The translations under genes were made by a program, and so were the position numbers. Shown in pieces: positions 24,900 to 39,390 of a DNA stretch of 64,000 nt. The stretch comes from Eledone cirrhosa. Lineage: Eukaryota. Location: positions 317,564,001 to 317,628,000 of the forward strand of contig OZ024740.1 in assembly GCA_964016885.1 (NCBI GenBank), in the 5' to 3' direction. The notes below the pieces were generated by a model. It made no database searches, had not been told where the DNA came from, and saw nothing but the letters and a program-made list of their open reading frames with translations. How positions within the stretch are numbered: position 1 is the first letter of the stretch; each line of letters starts with the position of its first letter.

Positions 24900-27872
24900 C
24901 TATCAAATGATATCTACCCCCAATAAATATATAAACATTAAAAAATTCTCAATTTTCGAACTTCGCAAAATATTGCTGCGTTGGCATAAGTCTACTTAGT
25001 AGTGTCAGGAGTATGAGAACCCAAATTTAAGAGAATGTCATTAAATATCAACCATTAAGTGATAAAAGGCAAATACACCACATTTTAAACTTAGAACATA
25101 TAGGGATAGAACTAACTAGATATTGGAAAATATTTACAGCTTAAGGCAAATCCTTGATAAATATATTTCGATATTTTATTCATAACTTTATAGCTCTGAA
25201 GGTAGATTTCAACTACAATCTAAGCCCAGAAAGATATTTTATAGCAATAAAGAAAGTTTAACTTCCAACCGAACAATACTACTGTCATTTAACACTCGTA
25301 CGTGGAATCAGTTAACTATTCGGAGCTCTGCTAGTTCTGTCTCAACAACCTCGGGAGAACAATTATTTATCTGATTCATCTGAGACTGCAAAGCTGTTAT
25401 CTACAACCTTCCTCTTAAGCGTGGCTCTTCACATCCTTCTCACAATCAAAGCCTATAATTGGTAACCTCTCAATCCACAAGATTTCTCACCTCCCAGATT
25501 TCTACACCGCATTTTTTATCATTCTTGTCATATATCTATATCTATCACCGAGTAGACAATCATCTATCAGATAATCACCACGAGACATATTGTTTCTTTA
25601 GCCACCGTAAAGGCAATCCAAGTCATAACCTGTACAGGACAGAATAGTTTTCAGTCCAATAAAACAACTTCTCAAGTGCTGGTCTAACGACAGAACACTA
25701 TGAATCTTTATTATTGTTTGGAGAGGGAATAGGTCTAACACCTTTAGTGGAGTTCAATCCATTGTAAATTTTCGGATCATGTCCCCGATTTAAGAACAAT
25801 GCGACATCTTGATGCGCTGCCTCTTCCTATAGTTTCTCTTGTTTATTAAAGTGCACAAGCAGAAAATAGTTTCTAGTGGCGTTCGTAATCAAATAGGAGA
25901 CTGCCTAATCAGCTACCTCATAATGACATATCGTATTTTCCTTCATTTCATCACTAGTGTTCCATTATATACAAGATTTTTCGCAGTCTATTTGGCATTA
26001 GTAACTTCTAGATAGGTTATTTAAAGGAAAATATGACAACTTTTGAGTCAGAGTTTCAAATTGTTCATGTTTTCATAGAACATATCAACTGGGTAGGATT
26101 TTATTGAAGTTTTATAGATAAAATACCGCTTATAATCCTGGCTGCATTAATCACCGAATATCAAACAAGTATTAAACTAACTGCAATTAACTGATTATTG
26201 CAGCCTTTTTATTCGCCTAAATATTCTTATAGCTTCAAGATAAGAACATTTATGAAATGTACTACATCTGGTTGTTTCCCAGTTTTTAGTTGCGTTCCTT
26301 TATAACTTGAGTTGAAAACCTTTTGTTGCCTTAATTATCTTTTACCACTCAATAGTCGATATTCTAGTGGCAATGGCTTAGATTTTCGGAGATACTGATT
26401 TTTATTTTAATGAATCATGCCATATTCCTGCTGCTATAAATTCGCAGACTTATGTCAATCAAACAAACCAATATTTATTGAAGTTTGAAAATCTGAGATA
26501 AGTTCATATGCCGTTGGGAAAAGAAAATCTGACGAACGTATACTACAATGTCTTATTTGGTTTCATTGTTTCATCGGTTTCATTGTTTCATCGGGTATAA
26601 TTTCTTTAAACTTCATGGAATAATGAAATGGAGAGAAACAATAAATCCAATAAAAATTCTCCACCTTGTAAGCAAACATTCGTAGACACTCAGTCCTCCA
26701 ACCTGGATCTCCATTCACTATATTATTATAATACATAACATACACACACTATTCATTTCTGATACATACACTTCTCATGATTATCTGCAGCAATTATTTG
26801 CAGTCCAAACTGTATCTTGTACTTGAATTTTTGCTTTGAAATATGTTTTATATAGGGAATTGGGAATGGAGCTACTTTGTCTTTCAAAAATAATAATAGA
26901 GATGTGAGCTTCAGATTACATTGTGATTTCACAATATTTGCCGCAGAATGGTGGGGAATTTTATCATCCATAGATTCCAGCTAAAGAAATGCCACGGGAA
27001 AAAGGCTTTCTATTTACTGATATTTTATCGAACCTAGATCTGTTTCAATGAAGAAAAAGGGATTGGGTTAGAAATAATGAAAGTGCTTTGTTAAGAATGG
27101 ATAACTACCTCTCAGAGAATAATAAAGAAATAATGATTTGGTTACCGGGCCATACAGATATAAGTGGAAATAGGAAAGCAGATGAATAAGCAAAGGAGGG
27201 AGTGCAATAATAGATATAGACTATATTCCAAATCTATTGCAAGGGAAATCATTTAGCAAAAATATTATTAGTCAAGGGTGGGAAAAAGTTTGGGAAGAAT
27301 CTAAAGATAAGCTCTACTGTCTCAACCAGATCTGACAACATTTAAAATACTGAGCGATGTTAATAAAATAGACTGGGTTCGAACCGGATATATACTATTG
27401 GATTATATTTTATCACGAAGATGTTGTAGAGAATCACCTGTATGTCCTTGAGGTGACTTCCCAGAAACTCTTTGTCACTATTGGTTCCAATGTAGAAACT
27501 ACCAGTCTGTGAGAGAGAGGACATCGTGAAGCTGATCATTAAAAAAGCTGCCAAAATTAGAGATACAATATACTGTAAAAGATCTACCAACTATAAACAA
27601 AATCTTTGAGTACACAGAGGTTACGAAAAGATGCACCAGAACCTTTTAACTGCTTTACAGCTTCCCTTGCTTCCCATTTTCTCTTATTCTTTTTTTTTAC
27701 ATATTTTGCTTCCCGTTGGCCTATCTTATTTAAATTTTGTAATTTATTATATTTTAAATTTATATTCACTTATCTCTGTATATCTTGTTTTTTGTTTCTC
27801 AACTGAAAGAAGTAGTAGATACTTCCCCTAGTCTATCATAGCTTACTAGCTCTATACGGATGTTTAAATTGA

Positions 27873-27928
<56 letters not shown>

Positions 27929-27930
27929 AT
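24900..27930 (+). pseudogene. Decayed RNase H-bearing LINE (I-group) with (TAAA)n tail, interrupted by other fragments
   Basis: 27133-27200 translates MIWLPGHTDISGNRKADE*AKEG (WxPGHxGIxGNExADxxAK RNase H motif); upstream FLFTDILSNL; (TAAA)n at 27873-27930. 5' boundary uncertain. Confidence 0.65.
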
Positions 27931-28039
27931 ATACATACGTAGAATTTCCTCTTTTATCTTCTCACCTCATTTACATGGATTTGATCAGTGACAACTACTA
28001 TTTACTATCAGCTCCATCTATCTCACGTCATCTCACTCT

Positions 28040-28500
28040 GCTGTCATCATATTCCTCCTGATTCATGCAAATTTTCCACAACGAGGCTTCTGGTACAAAT
28101 GATGAATCGTCGGCCATTTGTAATTGTCTGCACCAGTTAGTATCAACCCCTATACCATTTCGTATCACGATAGACACGCTGACACATCAAGAACCCTTAA
28201 TCTTTTTCTCATTTCCAGCCCCAGGTTTTACCCTGGCACTAACACTATATTTGTAACTGATTAGATTGTCCGATGATAACCTAATCAAAGTAGAAGCAAT
28301 ATATTAACTAATTGCTGCCTGCAATCACTACACTTGTACACCATATCTGTTCATTTCCCCTCGCCTAATCACTCTTACTCCCTCATACCATATTTCACCT
28401 CCTCCCAAACGCCTCATTAAACATTTTGCCCAAATCTTACTCCACAAGTCTGCAACCCCCTGTACTATCATCTCATCAACATCCTTTTCTACAGAAGCCG
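28040..28500 (+). pseudogene. Decayed LINE AP-endonuclease fragment
   Basis: QLVSTP..DRHADTSRTLNLFLISSP..SDDNLI resembles QLV..PTR..LDLFLT..SDHNLI. Confidence 0.45.
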
Positions 28501-28761
28501 ATGTACAGATGTTTTTAACTGATCATCATCAATCTCATCAATCTCATCAGTGTGGAAAGACCTATAAAGGTCATGAGCACTCTTCCCATTGCTGACTATC
28601 GTGTGTACATTTATATATAACGTAAACGTTTATATATAACGTATACATTTATATATAACGTATATATTTATATATAATGTTTATATTTATAAGTAACATA
28701 TATATTTATGTGCTAACATATATATATATAACATATATATTTATATACTAGCGTATCATTA

Positions 28762-29034
28762 TCTATAAAAGGCAGATTGCTGTTGTTGTTGTTGTTGTTG
28801 TTGTTGTTGTGTGTGTGTGTGTGTGTATGTGTGTGTGTGTGTTCCATGTTTATACATTTGCACAATTTCAAACCGATTCGACTCAAAGTCTGTAAGAATG
28901 TTGTAAATGGTCTAACTTAGGTGAACGACTATTTATTTATTTCAAACTCACCCACAATTATGGAAATAATCGATAAAACGCTTTACCCCTCTAATACAAT
29001 CTGATTTCCTCTCTCTACCGGGCATTAATGCTAG
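28762..29034 (+). mobile_element. Non-autonomous Helitron-like element
   Basis: A|TCTATAAAAGGCAG 5' end, internal (GTT)n/(GT)n, 3' CCGGGCATTAATGCTAG|T; inserted between A and T with no TSD. Confidence 0.6.
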
Positions 29035-29057
29035 TATATATATATATATATATATGC

Positions 29058-29132
<75 letters not shown>

Positions 29133-29133
<1 letters not shown>

Positions 29134-30508
29134 TATGGCGGGTAACATTCTCGAGATCCATGGACGAGTTCTCTCCAGTGGTCTCTGTCCCTCATTATCG
29201 CTGCCATGTCCTGCGTCTCGAACAGCCCAGTATCTGTCCTTAGGACATCAACATACGTTAACCTTGGTCTTCCTCTTCCAGTGTGTCCATGTAGGGGCTT
29301 CCACAGGAGCACTGAGTGCAATGTCAACTCTGGATGTCGGTGAGCATGTCCTGCTAACCTCAGTCTCCTCTGTGTCACTTTTGAGCTGACTTATGGGTGT
29401 CTACCATACAGCTCTGAGTTTTTCATCCTCAGTGTATACTGATTAATGTTCAGAGCTATCCTCAGCATTCTCGTTTAGCACCCATCCACCATCTGAGTGA
29501 GTTTCTTGGTCGGTGTCCAAGTCTCAGACCCGTACAGCAACACAGACTCCACTACAGCAATGAAGAGGCGGATTTTCAGGTCTTTACGAAGGTCCGACAT
29601 CCACACCGATCTCAAGCTGTGGCACGCCGCCCAGGCTTTGCTCTTCCTCTCAACCACATCATCTTTCGTATTCCCAATCTTCGGTCCCAAATACAGGAAG
29701 TCCACAACCAATTCTAGCGGCTTCCGTCCTACATTAGTGATCCCCTCTGGCTTCTCAACATTCTCTACCAGATATTTTGTTTTAGTCTCATTCATTCTCA
29801 GCCCCACACTCATCGACACAGTCTCAACCTCCTGCATCAAATCCTCTGCCTCCTTCACTGTATTTGTCACCAAAACTACGTCGTCGGCAAATTCAGCATC
29901 TGATATCTTTTTCCCCTTAACTCTCCTGCTCTGTGCTGGTGCTACAGTAAAGCCAGAATCCTGGTGTTTCTCCAGTGAAAGTCACATACAATAGTCCACT
30001 ACGATGATGAAAAGTTAGGGAGCCAATGTATCTCCCTGGAGCACTCCAGCCAGTATCTCAAAGAACTATGTCATCCCATCAGGTGTAATGACTTGGGCTT
30101 TGGTGTTGGTGTAGAGCAGTGATATCAGGTCCACTATCTTCTTGGGGATTCCATAAGCCTGTAAGATCTTCATTAGGCAGTGACGGTCCACATAATCAAA
30201 GGCCATCCTAAAGTCAATGAAAACCATGACCGCAGGAAGGCACTTTGCTCTAGCTCCCTCTAATATCCTCCTCAGCATCAGGATGTGACCGGTGGTTGAT
30301 CTACCCTCTCTGAAGCCGTTCTGGTTGTCCCTGAGCTTCTTCTCCATCTCAGGCTGGATCCTGTTAAGAATCATCCTGTTGAGGGTGTTTGCCACAAGTG
30401 ACGTCATTGAGATCCCCCGGTAGTTGTTGGTGTTAGAGAGATCTCCCTTCTTTGGCACCGGGACGATGTTACTGATCCTCCACTGATTCGGGACAACTCC
30501 TGGGGTTC

Positions 30509-30510
<2 letters not shown>
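29133..30510 (-). pseudogene. 5'-truncated, frameshifted RTE/RTE-X LINE in (TA)n
   Basis: [79 protein letters not shown]; long (TA)n on both sides. Confidence 0.92.
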
Positions 30511-30599
<89 letters not shown>

Positions 30600-30614
30600 A
30601 TATATATATGTATG

Positions 30615-30645
<31 letters not shown>

Positions 30646-30759
30646 GCATATATTCATATACATACACACACATATATATATATTTAGATATATAATTGAC
30701 ATCGCTCTACAAGACTTGCTACTAGTAGAGTAATGAGTATGGATATGAAAACAGTGATG

Positions 30760-30781
30760 ACAATGATGAAGATGACGATGG

Positions 30782-30868
<87 letters not shown>

Positions 30869-30910
30869 TGATGATGATGACGACGACGACGACAATGACG
30901 GCGACGACTA
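30760..30910. repeat. (GAT)n/(GAC)n microsatellite
   Basis: Long GAT run. Confidence 0.95.
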
Positions 30911-31850
30911 CGAGGAACAACATCATCAACAATCATTATCACTATCGCAGCTATCAAGTAATAAAGTTGATAAATGTTCGTATCTTGGAGCTATAAGAAT
31001 GTTTAGCCGAATGCAATGGTGTCAGCAACTGAAGTAGGGGAGATTTTAAAAACTATACGGTGTTACAATAATCAGTTAATGGTGGTTAGCTTTGCTCTTT
31101 GATGTTCCTTGCGCGGCTAATGCAACCAGGTTTATATGTGGAATTCTATCTATAAAACTTCCATAGAAACGTACATACCTGATATATTGAATGAAAGGGT
31201 GTTACTTTAAGCTGAGTTATTAATTCGCCCTTAGCTATATCAATGTAGCTTGATCACTTATGTATAAAATATGCTATAGTGGACGTCATCATACAGGTAG
31301 GAGTTAATATGATCCGCAGCTATGATCCCAGCAAATCGAATCCTAATTGAAATCAATTTACTTTACTTACGCAGAAGGGCATTAGATTTTTTTTAATTAT
31401 TGGTAATTATATTTTAATGCTCAGTTAGAGAAAATAAAATATGACTCGGTTATATCCTTCTTGTTTATGGTTATTGAAGAAGAAAATCAGAAATCAGCGG
31501 GTGTGGATGTCAACCCTGTGAGCCTTACCTTTATATGGTACATATATTCACTACAGTCTTGATAGACGTTTATCCCAATTAGCAGCAGACGGACCATTCT
31601 GGTTATGTGAGTCGGGGAGTGATGGCAGTAGGACCTGAAAAAGATAGACATCATTGATCATTTCATACTAATGACTCTGTTAAATATTTTGGCCAAGATG
31701 CTCGCGAAGAGATCGACGATGGTGGCAAAGGTACTACACAGATCTGTGTGATTCCCCACAGACCTTTCCAATGCAATCACTTCATGTGAGACACCAGAAA
31801 AAGTGTCAGTCACACATCTGGTTTGGGTTTGGCTCTAATTAACTGAAATA

Positions 31851-32182
31851 CAGTTGTCCCCCGGTATTCGTGGGAGTTACGTTCCTAGAGCACCCGCGAA
31901 GAGTGAAATACCGCGAATGTTGGACATGGTCCATAAAAATTGCTATAAATGTCCAAATATAACGTAAAATATAATAAAAAGAAGGGGCGTCCAAATACGA
32001 TATATTGTTATTAATAATTTAGTGTTAAAAAACATATATATTGCCACAAAAAAAGCCATAACATAATCGCGGAAGATATTTACGATTCCGCGAATATGCG
32101 GTGGTTTCCACGAACAATTATTAGTCATGTTCTAAGGTAAATTCCGCGAATAACCGGGATCGCGAATGCTGGGGGTACACTG
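31851..32182. mobile_element. Tigger/pogo-type MITE
   Basis: TA|CAGTTGTCCCCCGGTATTCG ... CGAATGCTGGGGGTACACTG|TA; imperfect TIRs, internal CCGCGAA repeats. Confidence 0.8.
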
Positions 32183-32479
32183 TAGTCCCTAACAGGCTAC
32201 TGATTTAAGTACAGCCAATTTCGGTCTTTTTTTTCATAGCTTCCACGCTGTGGGATCTGCTCGGTGGTCAGATGTTTTGCTGGAGTATTTTCGTTTGAGC
32301 CGCGACACAAGATGTATGTATATAGTATGTATAAGCGGGTTACGATGCCGTCATACTGTTGGACATGTCGAAAATAGGTGATCAACACCATATTATAACA
32401 ATACTTTATGGTAAGAAGAGCACGCAATCAACCAAAAGTAATTGGTGAGATGGCAACTCAATGTTTGGAGATTTAAGTA

Positions 32480-32762
32480 CAAGAGTCGGCTGAAAAGTTC
32501 ATAGTCTGACTATGAAGGAGTTATGCTACAGCTGTGAAATCTTGCATGCATTAATTTCAACTTTTATTATTAATAACAGCATTGTTTCTTTCCAGGGGAA
32601 ATGTTGAAAAATAAACCTCATTTGGTCATTCCATGAGAGTATCTGGGTCAGCCTATGAAGGAGTATGCTAGGGCTGTGAAATCTTGCATGTATTAATTTA
32701 AACACTTATTATTATTATTATTCGTATCTTGGTCAGCCTATGACCATTTCAGCCAACCCTCG
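32480..32762. mobile_element. Mariner-type MITE
   Basis: TA|CAAGAGTCGGCTGAAAAGTTCATAGTCTGAC ... GTCAGCCTATGACCATTTCAGCCAACCCTCG|TA; internal duplication. Confidence 0.8.
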
Positions 32763-33199
32763 TAAGTCCATGGCAGCCATCATTTATGACTGAACTGAGG
32801 TTCAGATTAAGAGGCCTGAGTTCTAGTCCAGTTCAAACCTTCTGTTAGATAGAGACAAGCAGGGTGGTTTGTTTCACATAGAAATATGTTAAGAGTAAAC
32901 TATGAGTGAAAGGACCGACAAAGTTGGCGAATGAATACATCGGCTTTTTATCGCTTGGCCGTTGTAACTTACTCATCACTGCATGCAACCGAATTTTAAA
33001 GAAATGCTTTTTCATTTTTTTGTGTAAGTAACAACCTCCGTTGGACAGAAGTCCTGTCTAATACCAAAAACTCCTGTTATGGCTATTTATATACTGGCAT
33101 GCGCTAAGCCAGCAATCCATTTATTAGGTACATTTCCCCGCTGTTCGTCTTTTCGACGAAGTTACAGCCCTGAGTTCAAGTATAGAACAAGGCAGGGGG

Positions 33200-33705
33200 C
33201 ATCACATGTAGGAAGTTGTCTGGCGCTCTCGATCCCCTATCAATCGAAATACCAGTCAAGTACTGGGATCGATACAGGTTACTTTTCCCTTCCTTCCCAA
33301 AATGTGTGCCTAAATTAGAAACCATTACTATTATTATAGTTACGCCCCTTTACGGTCTGCGTTCAAATCCCGCCGAGGTTTACTTTGCCTTTCATCCTTA
33401 CGGGGGTCGATAAAATAAAGTACCAGTAATGCACTGGGTAATTGCTGGCCTTGTGCCTAAAGTAGAAACAATTACTATTATTATAATTGAGGGCAATGGA
33501 TTGGCAGTATCGGTAGAGCGTCGAACACCATGCTTCGTGGCATAGAGTTACGGCCCTTTGCGTTCTGAGTTCAAATCCCACTTAGGTTAACTTTGTCTTT
33601 CATCCTTAAGGGGTTGATAAAATAAAGTAATGCACTGGGGCGATTTAATCGACTTTCCCCTCCCTAAAAATTGTTGGCCTTGTGCCTAAATCAGAAATCA
33701 TTATT
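33200..33705 (+). mobile_element. Three tandem tRNA SINE copies
   Basis: Old partial copy, short-subfamily copy (~33340-33475), long-subfamily copy (~33490-33705). Confidence 0.85.
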
Positions 33706-34199
33706 GTCATTACTGATGATGATGATACTAATTTCTGAATTAGACACAAGACCATAGAACTAAGGTTACATACAATGCACGAGTAACTGAAGGTCGTTTA
33801 TGTATCAAGTTTAACGGATCATGTTAAAACAAAATAACTATATGAATTAGAAGAGATAGTGTTTAAATTGAATCTAATATAAACAGTATATTAACTTGAA
33901 GTCTGCAATGTACGAAAGATCAAATGAAGTTTTCAGTTTTTATGAGTTTATGATCGGTATTAAAGTTGGGAAGTTTATTTTAACGTAAGCCCCCTCTGAA
34001 GCTTATACATACCTACCCACAACCTTTGAAGTTTATACATACATCCTACTTCTGGAGTTTATAAACATGCACCATTTCTGAATTATACACACACACTCAA
34101 ATATGCGCGTCTTTATACGTATATATATATATATATATATATATATGCGTGTGGAATTTGAATTTAAACTATTTAAATTTTGAATATATTTTTGTCACA

Positions 34200-36470
34200 G
34201 TTTTGTTTGTTTTCTTTCACTCATAAATATTTCAAAGCAGACGACCGAACCAAAGCGTCTTGAGGATTGGGTAAAACTTGCAGTATTGTGTTGCTCACCA
34301 CCTGGGTTTTTTAAACTTCATGCTGCGGAATCAGCAGTGTCTGAAGTGCAAAGAAATATAATAAAAACAAAGCTTTGCGGTCAATAACCCTTGGTTGTCT
34401 GGTTGAATAATTATTTAAGAACAGAGTTGCTATTCACAGTAGGAAAGCAGTTTTAACGTTTCATTCAATGGTGACAATATGGAGTAAATTTGTTTAGTGT
34501 CTGCTTCACATCATGCTTCGTTGAACTGCAGACTGAAACTCCAGGTTCCAATGATGACGTTATTTTTAATTAATTATACTTCACCCTTTCTCCACCATCT
34601 TTCTGTCGCCAGAACTAGCATTCAAACAGAGTCATTTCATTTTTACTTAGGAACAAAGCATTATTAGTACTGGCGTGTCACGAAAGTCTAAGTCTTTCGA
34701 TCCACTTGTGTCAATAACGTCTGTTAATTCTACCTAGAGTTTAACATCTTGGCGTAAAAACGAATTTCATAATTTATGTTAGAATATGAAAAAGACATTG
34801 CGAGTGAAATATATCAACTGTCTAAGTAGGGGTAAGGTGACATTAGATAGTGTATGGCGTTCAAGCATTTCTCCAATATAAAGTGAAACAGCTTGAACTG
34901 GTTCAAGGACATGACGATCAACTCATAATAAAGTGATATCAACTGTATATAAGACTTCATAATTGTCAGAGTTAAAATTAGTCGTTCTGAATTTTTGTAT
35001 GGCTTAGGAGGAAAGGGCAATGACCCTGGCCCTAGCAGGGCTTTCGATGAGGTCTATATTCAGTTTGATTGCTTCTAAGTTCATGTTAACAGGAAAATCT
35101 TGATCACGAAGGAAATTCTAGAGGGTAAGCACTCTAGGGAGAAAGCATTGAACTTAAACTTTAGTGCAGAATCTGGAGGATGAGTCACATTATAGATTAC
35201 GATAAGACGAGAGTCAGGTATGATTGTTGGGATAGATTAGAGATAGTATGTAAGTAGTTTGGAGGAACGGTGAGTGATAATAGTATAATGTGATGAGATA
35301 GCGTGATTGTGGTTAACAATTGCAATGTGTTGGTGGTCGAGTCTTTGCCAATCAGGCAGAAGGAATTCTTTTGACAACAGTCTAGAATAAAATGTTTGTG
35401 TAGCAATACACCGTATCAAGTGTGACAGCAGTATTTTACGGTGCATCATATTTGGACCTTGAATAGATTTAGTAGCTTTCCAGATAACCCTAGTGTAACT
35501 TTCAAATAACAAGTACTAAAAGTTTTACATTTAAGTGAGTTTGTACAATATAAATGTCACATGTAGCTGATTATAGAGTAATAGATAATTTGTTTACATA
35601 TCTGAATTCATAAAACCAGTAAAGTTAATGAATTTAGAAAGGGCATGAGTGTTGATAGGAATCTCTTCCTCCTGAGCAAAAAGATAATCTGTCTTTGGGT
35701 ACACAGTAGTACTAAGTGCATTAATCATAGGTGCTAAAACAAATAGCAGCTGTAGTTTGTCTTCCTTCACAATTTTTTTCGACATGTCAAACCATGATAA
35801 AACATCTAATACATTTAGTTTAACCAGTATGACAATAGGTATTTTGTGGAATAAATTACGGTTTAGATCTGAAAGAATGATTTGCAACACTTGTAGGTGT
35901 TTGTTTCAGCGTTTGTAAATGAAGTGGCTGCAAAACGAGACATTTCATATACTGTCAAATCAAGAGATTTGACTTAATTATTTGAACTGAGGGCTGATGA
36001 TTTACCACCGATCAATGAATCCTGATCAACTCCTCACAATAACTACTTGAAAATTACAATCTTTCTTGTGTGGTGTTTAAAGCGACTGTAGAAATTCTTC
36101 AAAAGCTTCGAATGTCTGTTGTCTTATTGCTAGTAGATGATGAGCAAATACTTCATTTGAAGGTTTAAGTTCATTGAGAATGTTGACAGCATCTTTAAAT
36201 ATTAAACAACTTTCAATATGCTTGTAGGTTGTAGCAGAAAGAGTTCTCAAGCGTGCGATGTTTATCTGGGGCATTTATTCTTAATTGAAATTGTAGAAGC
36301 TGTACATCCAGTGCTATCATGCGTTAGATGGAGTAGGAGAAATTAGATCAATTTCAAGTCACGCAGAGCAAAAAGGTTTTTACATAATTGAAAATATTGA
36401 ATGAAATAAATTGAGATGTCGAATACGAATTGAACAAGTTTTATTTCATCTAAAATTTAAAATATGATAG
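34200..36470 (-). pseudogene. Decayed Ty3/Gypsy gag-pol remnant
   Basis: KHIESCLIFKDAVNIL..KPSNEVFAHHLLAIRQQ..EEFLQSL (gag-like KPxNExFARHLLATRxQ); downstream SP..RA.V and YPYLDS RT-like remnants; no LTRs recognised. Confidence 0.6.
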
Positions 36471-36504
36471 CTACAATTAAATATGTTTAAGAACGGAGTA
36501 GATA

Positions 36505-37250
36505 ATGGTTTTTATGTTGGGCATAAGGCCAACAATTTTTGGGGAATAGGAAAGTCGATTATACCGATTCCAACACTATATTTTATGAAAAGAAAAGTTG
36601 ACCTCGGCAGGATTTGAACTCAAAACAAATACTGTTAAGTGTTTGTCCGACAATTTTTAACAACTCTGCCAATCACCGCCCTTGACGAAAGAGATAATAC
36701 AAGAACACTAAATAAACATATAGACATTATCTTATTAGTTCTTGGAAAGTGATATGTCTAAGCGAAGGGTCTCCATTACTTGCCTAGGTACTTAGTATGG
36801 GTTATAGATGAAGCACATTTTCTACTAGGGATAGTAAGCGTAAAACTGGTGGAACCCAGGACAGTTAACTGACTTGAAATAATATAATTGTTTCTACTTT
36901 TGGCACAAGACCAGCAATTACCCAGTGCATTACTGGTACTTTATTTTATCGACCCCGTAAGGATGAAAGGCAAAGTTAACCTCGGCGCGATTTGAACTCA
37001 GAATGGCAAGGGCCACAACTCTATACGTCAAAGAATGGTGTCCGACCCACTACCGATACTGCCAATAATATAATTGTTTCTACTTTTGGCACAAGGCGAG
37101 CAATTACCCAATGCATTACTGGTACTTTATTTTATCGACCCCGTAAGGATGAAAGGCAAAGTTAACCTCGACGGGATTTGAACTCAGACCGTAAAGGGAC
37201 GTGACTATGCTGAAAAGCATGGCGTCCGACCCTCTACCGATACTGCCAAT
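36505..37250 (-). mobile_element. tRNA SINEs (old copy 36505-36685; two short-subfamily copies 36890-37065 and 37075-37250)
   Basis: Head, core and tail motifs; the tandem pair is separated by AATAATATAATT. Confidence 0.9.
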
Positions 37251-37914
37251 AATGCTGTGTTATATGTAGATATATTGAGGGGAGCCGTAATTTGACACTG
37301 GATGGATGATCCGATAAATGCAAAGACGGTTGGAATTTGGTAAAACCTATTTTTTGAGGTGAGAAATAAATGTGTCCGTCAATAAAGGTTACATGAGGAT
37401 GAAGATACTAACCTGTTGCAGGATAAAAGCTTCGGCAAGATTCGGCAGGTTTCAGCTTTTGTGTCAACAATGTTAATGTGGAAGGAAAGCGAGGGCCAAT
37501 AAGAGTTGTGAACGAAAATTGGCCGAGGGTGATGACATCAGAAAGGAGGTTGACGTGATAGAAATAGTATAGATGCAGGATAATAGATAGTCGAATAACC
37601 GTTGTTGGTTGTAAGTGTTGGGTAGAAGAATAGAGCCAATAAATGTATTTAAAGAAATGAAGAAGAAATACCGTGAACCAGAATAATTAGAAGGTTTTGA
37701 AAGAGGGAAGTGGCGAAGAGAGTGGATAGTACATAAGCACAGATTCGAAATTAAACATGCTTGTTAATAGCTTGTTTAAACGATTATTTAGTAGGAATGT
37801 AGCAGTGTCATAGCCAGAATGTAATCAAAAGGAGCATACCGTCCTAACATATTAATCAGAAATGGCGCCTTTTAAACACTTGTTTAATTAATTAGTTTTC
37901 TCGCACACTAAACA

Positions 37915-38300
37915 TCTCTTCTTCTTTGTCTACTTATTCTTGAGAGAATCGAGGTGTAAGAGTCATCAAACTCACCATCCAAAAGATTCTATTATAATCA
38001 ACCGTCTCCAATTGATCCGGCTGGCTCTTCAAGCTAGACCAATCGAGCTCATGGGTGTTATGCAACCATTTTGCTCATAACATATCTCTGAGTCTCCTGT
38101 CGGTTGGATCTGTCCAGTGATTCTTTCCTTAGACATGCTAATTGCGTGTCTGTAATACCTGAGCTGTGATCTCTCAATGCAGAGACGTAGCAGCTCTACC
38201 TGGAGCGACTCATTCATTTCCGAGTTATGCATTCTGTCAGGTAACGTCACTCCAAAGACCCTTCGGAGAAACACAATTTCAGCGGCTTCCATTCGCGATC
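37915..38300 (-). pseudogene. RTE LINE 3' fragment (same family as 14430-14865)
   Basis: AAEIVFLRRVFGVTLPDRMHNSEMNESLQVE..IERSQLRYYRH. Confidence 0.85.
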
Positions 38301-39074
38301 GATAAAAATTGAATCTCATAATTTTATAGTTATTTTTATTATCGCGTGGTATTGGAGGAACCTTCTGGACTCATTACAATAATTTAATGCCACAAGTCAC
38401 AAGCCCGGAATTATGTAAGTTTTATACATAATCACGCCATTAGTGAAACATGAAACTAATGAACTTTGACTATAATTATGTATATTATAGCTAATGAAAT
38501 ATTGCGTAATGTGAGAAAAATTAACGTGCATTTACGCAGTTCGCTTGTTGATAACGGCAAGTCAAGGATGGAGCAAGAATCATTGCCACAAATCAATTTA
38601 TCATAATATATTCTTATCACGCGCTGGTACTGTATGTTGAAGCATAAAGAAACATATAATTGCTTCATAAACTTATAGCAAAACACAGCCACCTTATAAA
38701 ACACCTGCATAACATTTTACTAGGAAATTATTTTAAAAGAGGATATTAAACAAAAGTTAACATATATTGCAGATACACGTTTAAGTTGTTTTCTCCTTTT
38801 ATTATAAATGCGTAATACCGTGTCTATTGTTACGTTTACATGAAAACATTTTGCCACAGAGAAACACAATAAGAAGAAACTATTTGGATGGAATAGAGAG
38901 AAAAAGAAAAAGTATAAATCGATAAAAATAATCGTCAAAATATCAGTGAACGGACGCCAACTTTTCAATCGGCAAACACACGACGTCTGCTGCGCCAAAT
39001 ATAGATCTCGCTGAAGACTTATATATATATTCAGACCAGGATATAGTGATGGAACCCTAAGCTATTAGTGTTGT

Positions 39075-39390
39075 ACCTAAGGCACGAACTCCAGAGGGAA
39101 TCGTAGGGGTGACCTATTGACATCCGGCGTTTTTATGGCATTAAGCCTGATGGAGCCCATCTCCACTCCAAGCCTGAATACAGCAGTTGGTTTTTCCACA
39201 GAAGGATAGAGAGTGAGAGAATAGAAGCCAGAAAGAGATATAGAGGAAGAATTGACCCCATTACTAGACTAGTACTTTTTTTATCGACCTCGAATGGATG
39301 AAAGGCAAAGTTGACCTCAGAGAGCAGAGACTGAAAAAACTATGCAAAGCATTCTATCCGACGTTCTAACAGCTCTGCCAATTTACCACC
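39075..39390 (-). mobile_element. Composite SINE copy
   Basis: Head, CT-rich linker and tail as at 23940-24290. Confidence 0.7.

Noticed and set aside
37250-37900. Possible Jockey/CR1 LINE remnant on the minus strand
   Set aside because: Only a weak KAE..AEAF-like motif; insufficient evidence
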